A stretch of DNA of 24,000 nucleotides from Pseudomonadota bacterium (lineage in GTDB: Bacteria > Pseudomonadota > Alphaproteobacteria > Rhizobiales > Pleomorphomonadaceae). How positions within the stretch are numbered: the stretch's first letter is position 1; every line of letters starts with the position of its first letter. Shown here one piece after another: positions 16,263 to 24,000 of the stretch. The notes under the pieces are model-generated. The model worked only from the letters and a program-made list of their open reading frames with translations. It searched no databases and had not been told where the DNA came from. The stretch spans positions 1 through 24,000 of the forward strand of contig JAEZHI010000038.1 of assembly GCA_023436885.1 (NCBI GenBank), read 5' to 3'. The translations under genes and the position numbers were made by a program.

Positions 16263-17234
16263 TTACTCGGCAGCCACAGGAAACATTTGCGGCACAGCTT
16301 CGCTGGACCATTTCAAGTCGGCAACTGCAGCCTTCACCAAATGGCGGAACCATGTGTGGGCCGGGGAATGGTGCTTGCAATCGTGCCAGAGCAGATAAAA
16401 ATCCATCAATCCAAACTCTGCTGGCGCATTAATGACAGCAAAGTCCCCCTGGTCAGCGATCCGCTCGGCGAAGGGTGCTCCGGTGGTGAAAACCAAATCG
16501 GAACCTGCCAGCATATGCGGAACAATGGCGTATTCCGGCACCGAGGCGGCGATATGCCGGCTAAGACCGAGCTCCATCAAACGGCCGTCGATTGGGCTGT
16601 ACTGCTTCATGACGTCAGCCGACGGAGAAAGATGTCGCTCGGACAGATATAGATCCATGCCCAGCGAGCCTATGGTCTTCGCAAGCCGATGATTGGCAGC
16701 GACAACGCACTTGATCGGCGTCGATAACAGCGGCGCCAAACGCAACTGCTCAGGCGGCCGCGGCCAATTTCCGACAACAAGATCAAGCGAGCCATCCGCG
16801 AGATGAGCCATCAGCTCATCATGGCCGGGAAGCGTTGCCACATCGATTGACGCCTTTGGCGCCTCCTCGGCAAGTCGCGCAAAGATTCGCGGCAGAAAAG
16901 CAGCATCGAGACAATTGGCAGCGGCTATGCGAAAGCGCCGCTCCGTGCGCAATGGGTCAAAACTGGGCGGCGGCGCCAGTATCGCGTCGATATCGGCCAG
17001 CAACCGCTGCAGCGCGGCTCGCAGTTCCAAGCCACGCTCGGTCGGTACGAGAGCCCCACCCGAACGAACCAGAATCGGATCACCGATCAGCTCGCGCAGC
17101 CGCTTCAGAGCCAGACTGACCGTCGGTTGCGTCTGACCCAGGATTTCGGCAGTACGAGACACACTGCATTCCGTGACGAGCAGCAGCAGGGTCCGCATCA
17201 GGCGGACATCGAGGGCACCATTGACGGGCTCCAT
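16263..17234 (-). CDS. LysR-family transcriptional regulator
   Basis: 323 aa. The N-terminal winged HTH is LDVRLMRTLLLLVTECSVSRTAEILGQTQPTVSLALKRLRE, followed by a LysR substrate-binding body. ATG at 17234. Confidence 0.9.
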   Translation of the reverse strand: MEPVNGALDVRLMRTLLLLVTECSVSRTAEILGQTQPTVSLALKRLRELIGDPILVRSGGALVPTERGLELRAALQRLLADIDAILAPPPSFDPLRTERRFRIAAANCLDAAFLPRIFARLAEEAPKASIDVATLPGHDELMAHLADGSLDLVVGNWPRPPEQLRLAPLLSTPIKCVVAANHRLAKTIGSLGMDLYLSERHLSPSADVMKQYSPIDGRLMELGLSRHIAASVPEYAIVPHMLAGSDLVFTTGAPFAERIADQGDFAVINAPAEFGLMDFYLLWHDCKHHSPAHTWFRHLVKAAVADLKWSSEAVPQMFPVAAE

Positions 17235-17353
17235 AAGCGCTCGATCCTCAAATCCGGTACGGTTACGCTAAGAGCAAAGCACCAAACGTGCCAAGCCGAG
17301 CGCAAAACGTCGCAGGACCGAGCGCCAGTGGTGAGAAGACTAAATCAGGAAAA

Positions 17354-17443
17354 TGGCGGAGAGGGAGGGATTTGAACCCCCGATACCCTTGCGAGTATGC
17401 CGCATTTCGAGTGCGGTGCAATCGACCACTCTGCCACCTCTCC
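17354..17443 (-). tRNA. tRNA-Ser (anticodon CGA), class II with a long variable arm, encoded CCA end
   Basis: The minus strand reads GGAGAGG-TG-GCA-GAGTGGTCGAT-TGC-A-CCGCA-CTCGAAA-TGCGG-CATACTCGCAAGGGTATC-GGGGG-TTCAAAT-CCCTC-CCTCTCC-G-CCA. It has a 7-bp acceptor stem, a 3-bp D stem, a 5-bp anticodon stem with loop CU-CGA-AA, an 18-nt variable arm and a T-loop TTCAAAT. Total length 90 nt. Confidence 0.95.
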
Positions 17444-17486
17444 GCGGTGCTTTTTAGGATGTGATCCCGGTCGAAAGCGGCGCGGA

Positions 17487-17515
17487 CCATAACCGCGAGA
17501 AATGCCTCTGGCAAG
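17487..17515 (-). promoter_or_regulatory. Candidate sigma-70 promoter for tRNA-Ser
   Basis: The minus strand reads CTTGCC (17515-17510), a 17-nt spacer, then TTATGG (17492-17487). This resembles the alphaproteobacterial CTTGAC-N17-CTATAT consensus and lies about 45 nt upstream of the mature tRNA 5' end. This is a pattern match only. Confidence 0.3.
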
Positions 17516-17655
17516 AGGGGCAAAAGCCTATCGGAACGGTTTTTTGACCGCCGCCAACACCTAATCCGAAACCATTCGCCAGGCAGCGAGTGGAAAGTGT
17601 CCTTCATCGTTGACCGGAAGAGGCTTTCCGTGTAGGGAAAACGCGGCTTAATGGG

Positions 17656-17687
17656 AGCCCGGCTAATTTGTCCGGGTTTTTTGTTTT
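17656..17687 (+). terminator. Terminator-like hairpin plus U-tract inside the rplU upstream region (possible leader attenuator or 3' end of a small RNA)
   Basis: AGCCCGG (17656-17662), loop CTAATTTGT, CCGGGTT, then a TTTTTTGTTTT run (17677-17687). It lies 67 nt upstream of the rplU ATG on the same strand. The stem is short, with 5 GC pairs plus A-T and G-T extensions. Confidence 0.4.
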
Positions 17688-17753
17688 GCTGAACAGTCGC
17701 GCGCAACCAATGCGGCGCGGCCAAAAACCATCTGAAGAAGGACTGGCACGACC

Positions 17754-18068
17754 ATGTTCGCAGTAATCAAGACCGGCGGCAAGCAGTACAAGGTTGCCGT
17801 TGATGACGTGTTCGACATCGAGAAGATCGAGCTTGAGGACGGCGCTGCCGTCACCTTCGACGAAGTGCTGGCTGTTGGCTCCGACGCTGGCGTGACCGTT
17901 GGCGCCCCCACCGTTGCTGGCGCCACCGTCGTCGCCGAGGTGGTCGAGCAGACCCGCGGTCCCAAGGTGATCTCCTTCAAGAAGCGCCGCCGCCAGAACT
18001 CCAAGCGCAAGCGCGGCCATCGGCAGCTGCTGACCACGGTGAAGATCACCGCGATCAACGCCGCCTGA
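17754..18068 (+). CDS. rplU: 50S ribosomal protein L21
   Basis: [14 protein letters not shown]... and ...[20 protein letters not shown] are unmistakable L21 sequence. 104 aa. Confidence 0.97.
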   Translation: MFAVIKTGGKQYKVAVDDVFDIEKIELEDGAAVTFDEVLAVGSDAGVTVGAPTVAGATVVAEVVEQTRGPKVISFKKRRRQNSKRKRGHRQLLTTVKITAINAA

Positions 18069-18180
18069 CGAAATTCCTTTCCGACAGACTGCTGCCGGAA
18101 CCTGACCCGATAACCGTCCATAAAGGTGTTGAGCGCCGCACCGCTCCGCCACCGGACGATACGACAGACTGGAGACTGAA

Positions 18181-18450
18181 ATGGCTCACAAAAAAGCAGG
18201 CGGCTCGTCCCGCAACGGTCGCGATACCGCTGGCCGACGCCTCGGCGTGAAGAAGTTCGGCGGCGAAGCCGTCATCCCAGGCAACATCATTATCCGTCAG
18301 CGCGGCACCCAATGGCACCCGGGCGCCAACGTTGGCATCGGCGTCGATCATACGATCTTCGCCCTCACGGAAGGCAATGTGTCTTTCGCCACCAAGAGCA
18401 ACGGCCGAGTCTACGTTTCGGTCGTTCCGACGACGGCGGCAGCTGAGTAA
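18181..18450 (+). CDS. rpmA: 50S ribosomal protein L27
   Basis: [29 protein letters not shown]...[24 protein letters not shown] is canonical L27. 89 aa. RBS GGAGA lies upstream. Confidence 0.97.
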   Translation: MAHKKAGGSSRNGRDTAGRRLGVKKFGGEAVIPGNIIIRQRGTQWHPGANVGIGVDHTIFALTEGNVSFATKSNGRVYVSVVPTTAAAE

Positions 18451-18523
18451 GCCGGATGGAGCTGAAGCGGCCCGCCGGCGTCCCACGGACCCGGACGGAC
18501 CGCGATCCAAGCGCGCGATGTGA

Positions 18524-18560
18524 CAGGGGAAGTGGGGCGCCACTTCCCCTGATTTCATTT
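18524..18560 (+). terminator. Rho-independent terminator after rpmA
   Basis: A 12-bp perfect stem, CAGGGGAAGTGG (18524-18535), loop GGCG, CCACTTCCCCTG (18540-18551), followed by ATTTCATTT. Confidence 0.8.
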
Positions 18561-18579
18561 GGAGCGCTAGGAGAGCCCC

Positions 18580-19275
18580 ATGTCAGAGCTGAGCGAGACC
18601 GACGAACCTGACAGTCCCTGCGGCTGGCCGTTGATGGCAGCCGTGAGACCCGCCATTGAGACCAGGCGCCTCGTGCTGAGGCCTCCGGTCGACGATGATG
18701 CGGAAACCATCGCACGACTGGCAAACTCGGCAGCCGTAGCTCGCAATCTCATCGGGATGCCGCATCCCTATCGCATCGAACACGCGCGAGCCTGGCTCGC
18801 CGAGCCAGTCGATCCGAGAGGACAGCGCCATCTCGTTTGCCGCAAGGGCTTTGATGCGGCGCCGACGCCGATCGGCATCGTCACGCTCGACATGCGGGGC
18901 CGGGCTGGGCCGGGTTGGCTCGGCTGCTGGCTAGGCGAGCGCCATTGGGGACAGGGCTTTGCAACGGAAGCCTGTCATGCGGCAATTGATTATGCCTTTC
19001 TTCACCAGCGGCATGAGAGATTACTGTTCGCTTGCCGGGTTACCAACCCGACAGGGCGTCGGGTGATCGAGAAATGCGGTTTCCAGATGGTCGCACAGGA
19101 GCTGGCCTCGGTGGTCGGCAACGGGGCGGCTGTTGCAATCGATCGGTTCCGCATAGATCGCAGCACCTGGGAGAGTATCAGGGCCTGGGAGCCATTGCGC
19201 GTCCACGACCATGAGGCCGGCGAGGCAACATGGAATGAGCGCACAAAGCTTTCGGCTCCGGTGGAGCAGATTTGA
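18580..19275 (+). CDS. GNAT-family N-acetyltransferase (RimJ/RimL-like), copy 1
   Basis: 231 aa. IETRRLVLRPP...VARNL...PHPY, then GCWLGERHWGQGFATEA and NPTGRRVIEKCGFQMV are typical of the RimJ/RimL-like GNAT subgroup. RBS AGGAGAG lies upstream. Confidence 0.8.
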   Translation: MSELSETDEPDSPCGWPLMAAVRPAIETRRLVLRPPVDDDAETIARLANSAAVARNLIGMPHPYRIEHARAWLAEPVDPRGQRHLVCRKGFDAAPTPIGIVTLDMRGRAGPGWLGCWLGERHWGQGFATEACHAAIDYAFLHQRHERLLFACRVTNPTGRRVIEKCGFQMVAQELASVVGNGAAVAIDRFRIDRSTWESIRAWEPLRVHDHEAGEATWNERTKLSAPVEQI

Positions 19276-19419
19276 ACGGATGCGGCGGCACTTGTCGCCG
19301 CTCGGACGCCAAATTCTCCACTGAAAGCGTGAGTACTAGTGGTCCGCTTCCTACATTCAGAACCGACGAATTAGTCGGGTTTGAGAGGAATTGCGGGCCT
19401 CTAGAGAGGTGAGTACGGA

Positions 19420-20022
19420 ATGAAGTTGCTTTCCGGTGCCTTTGGTTCGTGGCGTCCTCGCGCGGCTCTCTCCCCGCGCATCGAGACTGGCCGCCTTGTT
19501 CTGAGGCAACTCGAACCCATCGATGCCTATGCCGTCGCTGCCTACCTCGGAGATATCGAGGTAGCGCGCTGGCTCGTCCGTGTGCCTCACCCTTTTACCG
19601 TGGACGACGCAACGGATTTCATCAGTCAATGCTGCGCCACAGCGAGCCTCGGTACCGCCGCGACGCTTGGCATGGTGATCCGCGGCGACGATAGAGCGAT
19701 CGTCCGGGGCATCGTGGCACTGCACAGTCTGGACACGCGCCCAGAGATCGGCTTCTGGCTCGGGCGCCCGTTCTGGGGCCAGGGGCTGATGAGCGAAGCG
19801 GTGGACGCCACGCTGGCCTGGGCCTACGCCAGCCTCGACGTCGATGACATTGCTGCGGGCGCTTTTTATGGAAATGTGGCGTCTCTGGCCATTCAAGCGC
19901 GCCAGGGTTTTGAAGTGGTCGGCATGAGCCGCCGTCCCTCGCTGATCGAAGAGCGGCTCCTTGATCACGTCGATACGCGTCTCACGCGATCACGCCATGC
20001 GGCTCGACCGTGGCGACCGTGA
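19420..20022 (+). CDS. GNAT-family N-acetyltransferase (RimJ/RimL-like), copy 2 (paralogue of the preceding gene)
   Basis: 200 aa. IETGRLVLRQL...VARWLVRVPHPF, GFWLGRPFWGQGLMSEA and NVASLAIQARQGFEVV line up motif for motif with copy 1. RBS GAGAGGTGAG lies upstream. Confidence 0.8.
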   Translation: MKLLSGAFGSWRPRAALSPRIETGRLVLRQLEPIDAYAVAAYLGDIEVARWLVRVPHPFTVDDATDFISQCCATASLGTAATLGMVIRGDDRAIVRGIVALHSLDTRPEIGFWLGRPFWGQGLMSEAVDATLAWAYASLDVDDIAAGAFYGNVASLAIQARQGFEVVGMSRRPSLIEERLLDHVDTRLTRSRHAARPWRP

Positions 20023-20078
20023 TTCTCAGCTTGGCCTAATCCCAAAAATCCGTTCATTTTCGGCGCGCGATGCTCTAA

Positions 20079-22416
<2,338 letters not shown>

Positions 22417-22418
22417 CC

Positions 22419-23696
22419 ATGACCGCATTGACCGACGTTTCCGTTCACGACCTGATGGCCGACGTGGGCCGGCGCGCCCGCATTGCGGCCCGCCGCCTCG
22501 CCCGCGCTTCCACGCGAGAAAAAGTGGAAGCTCTCGCGGCCATGGCCAGAGAGGTCCGCGCCCGCCAGGCCGACATTCTCAAAGCCAACGCCATCGATGT
22601 TGCAGCGATGAAGGAAAATGGCGTCATCGCCTCATTTTTGGATCGCGGCACGCTCGATCCCAGCCGCGTCGAAGCCATTGCCAAGGCACTGGAAGAAATC
22701 GCTGCCCTACCCGATCCGGTCGGTCGCGTTCTTGCCGCCTGGACCCGGCCGAATGGTCTCGCCATCGAGCGGGTGGCAACACCGCTTGGCGTCATCGGCA
22801 TCATTTTCGAAAGCCGCCCCAACGTCACGGCCGACGCCGGCGCTTTATGTCTGATGGCTGGAAACGCCGCAATTCTGCGCTGCGGCTCCGATTCGCTTCG
22901 CTCGTCCCAGGCAATCCTGACCGCACTAGCCGCCGGCCTTAAAGCCGCTGGTTTGCCCGAGGATGCCATCCAGCTGGTGCCGATCAAGGATCGCGCCGCG
23001 GTCGGCGAAATGTTGACGGGGCTCAACGGATCGATTGACGTCATCGTCCCGCGCGGCGGCAAGAGCCTCGTTGCCCGTGTGCAAGCCGAGGCGCGTGTCC
23101 CGGTATTCGCCCATCTCGAGGGCCTTTGCCACATCTATATCGACAAGGCGGCCGATCTCGACATGGCCGTTAATGTCACCGTCAATGCAAAACTGAGACG
23201 CGTCGGTGTCTGCGGCTCCGCCGAGACACTGCTCGTTGATCGCGCGGTTGTCGAAACCCACCTGCTCCCCATCTTGACCGCGCTTCACGAACGCGGTTGC
23301 GAAATCAGGGCAACGGACGAAATTCGCGCCCGCTTTCCGGCGGCTGTACCCGTAACCGAAGCCGATTGGTCAACCGAATATCTGGCACCGATCATCTCGG
23401 TAAAACTGGTCGACGGTGTCGATGCGGCCATCGAACACATAGAAACCTATGGCTCGCACCATACGGAGAGCATCATCACGGCGGACGAGGCGACCGCTGC
23501 CCGCTTCCTGGCGAATGTCGACTCGGCCATCGTGCTGCACAATGCCTCCACGCAGTTTGCCGATGGCGGTGAGTTCGGCATGGGCGCTGAAATCGGCATC
23601 GCCACCGGCAAGATGCATGCGCGCGGTCCGGTCGGCGTCGAGCAATTGACGTCGTTCAAATACCGCGTGCGTGGGAACGGCCAGACGCGGCCATGA
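22419..23696 (+). CDS. proA: Gamma-glutamyl phosphate reductase
   Basis: 425 aa. [21 protein letters not shown], the catalytic Cys region [18 protein letters not shown], and the HTESIIT and [12 protein letters not shown] motifs. It starts 2 nt after the proB stop. Confidence 0.97.
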   Translation: MTALTDVSVHDLMADVGRRARIAARRLARASTREKVEALAAMAREVRARQADILKANAIDVAAMKENGVIASFLDRGTLDPSRVEAIAKALEEIAALPDPVGRVLAAWTRPNGLAIERVATPLGVIGIIFESRPNVTADAGALCLMAGNAAILRCGSDSLRSSQAILTALAAGLKAAGLPEDAIQLVPIKDRAAVGEMLTGLNGSIDVIVPRGGKSLVARVQAEARVPVFAHLEGLCHIYIDKAADLDMAVNVTVNAKLRRVGVCGSAETLLVDRAVVETHLLPILTALHERGCEIRATDEIRARFPAAVPVTEADWSTEYLAPIISVKLVDGVDAAIEHIETYGSHHTESIITADEATAARFLANVDSAIVLHNASTQFADGGEFGMGAEIGIATGKMHARGPVGVEQLTSFKYRVRGNGQTRP

Positions 23697-24000
23697 CACC
23701 TCCTCGCCTCCCCGCCACGTTCCCTGGCATGCACGTTGGCCTCTACGGCGGTTCCTTCAACCCGCCGCACAGAGGCCACGCGCACGTGGCGCGTCTGGCC
23801 TTCCAGCGCCTTGGACTTGACCGCATTTGGTGGCTGGTCAGCCCAGGCAACCCGCTGAAATCGGCGGATGGTCTGCCTGACGTTGATCAGCGATTGGCCG
23901 CGGTGCGAAAGATCGCCCGGCACCCGCGCGCTGTCGTAACCGATCTCGAAGCGCGTCTCCGCACCCGCTACACGGTCGATCTCGTTCGTCGGCTGAAGGC
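23693..24000 (+). CDS. nadD: Nicotinate-nucleotide adenylyltransferase, 5' portion (runs off the right edge)
   Basis: My own translation from ATG 23693 gives [56 protein letters not shown]..., which carries the GGSFNPxHxGH nucleotidyltransferase motif. The ATGA overlaps the proA stop. It is not in the ORF track because there is no stop within the window. Confidence 0.85.
   Translation, partial: MTPPRLPATFPGMHVGLYGGSFNPPHRGHAHVARLAFQRLGLDRIWWLVSPGNPLKSADGLPDVDQRLAAVRKIARHPRAVVTDLEARLRTRYTVDLVRRLK

Noticed and set aside
16339-16348. 10-nt match (AAATGGCGGA) to the tRNA-Ser 3' end plus flank, as a possible att-site repeat
   Set aside because: Only 7 nt belong to the tRNA itself, and the match lies inside the LysR coding sequence. 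It is too short to distinguish from chance, and no integrase is present.
17263-18152. Minus-strand ORFs (153, 152 and 182 aa) spanning the tRNA-Ser gene, the rplU upstream region and rplU itself
   Set aside because: They overlap a tRNA gene and run antisense to rplU. The translations are low-complexity. The region is better explained by the tRNA, the promoter and leader sequence, and L21.

Overview
This is a high-GC chromosomal segment. Codon usage and gene order (rplU-rpmA-GNAT-GNAT-obg-proB-proA-nadD) look alphaproteobacterial and Rhizobiaceae-like, but that is inference, not a database hit. The window has three parts. (1) Left edge, 1-3126: nucleotide-sugar genes, namely the tail of a UDP-glucose dehydrogenase-family gene plus a manC/manB-type GDP-mannose pair. 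(2) Middle, about 3261-17234: an accessory-looking block. It holds a translationally coupled enolase-superfamily OSBS/N-succinylamino-acid-racemase and GNAT pair, a divergent RpiR regulator and a small basic ORF. It also holds a four-gene plus-strand cluster: a short YjjI-type glycyl radical enzyme, its YjjW-type radical-SAM activase, an adenylate-forming acyl-CoA ligase and a creatininase-family amidohydrolase. A PotABCD-type ABC importer converges on that cluster, followed by a CDA-family deaminase and a LysR regulator. (3) Right side, 17354-24000: housekeeping genes, namely tRNA-Ser(CGA), rplU, rpmA, two paralogous RimJ/RimL-like GNATs, obg, proB, proA and the 5' part of nadD. I saw no CRISPR array, rRNA, transposase, integrase or phage genes. 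The most interesting candidate is the cluster of glycyl radical enzyme, activase, ligase and creatininase-like hydrolase with its adjacent importer. The enzyme family has no assigned substrate to my knowledge, and I do not recognise this gene combination as a described pathway. Many long ORFs in the supplied track are antisense or off-frame shadows typical of high-GC DNA and were rejected.
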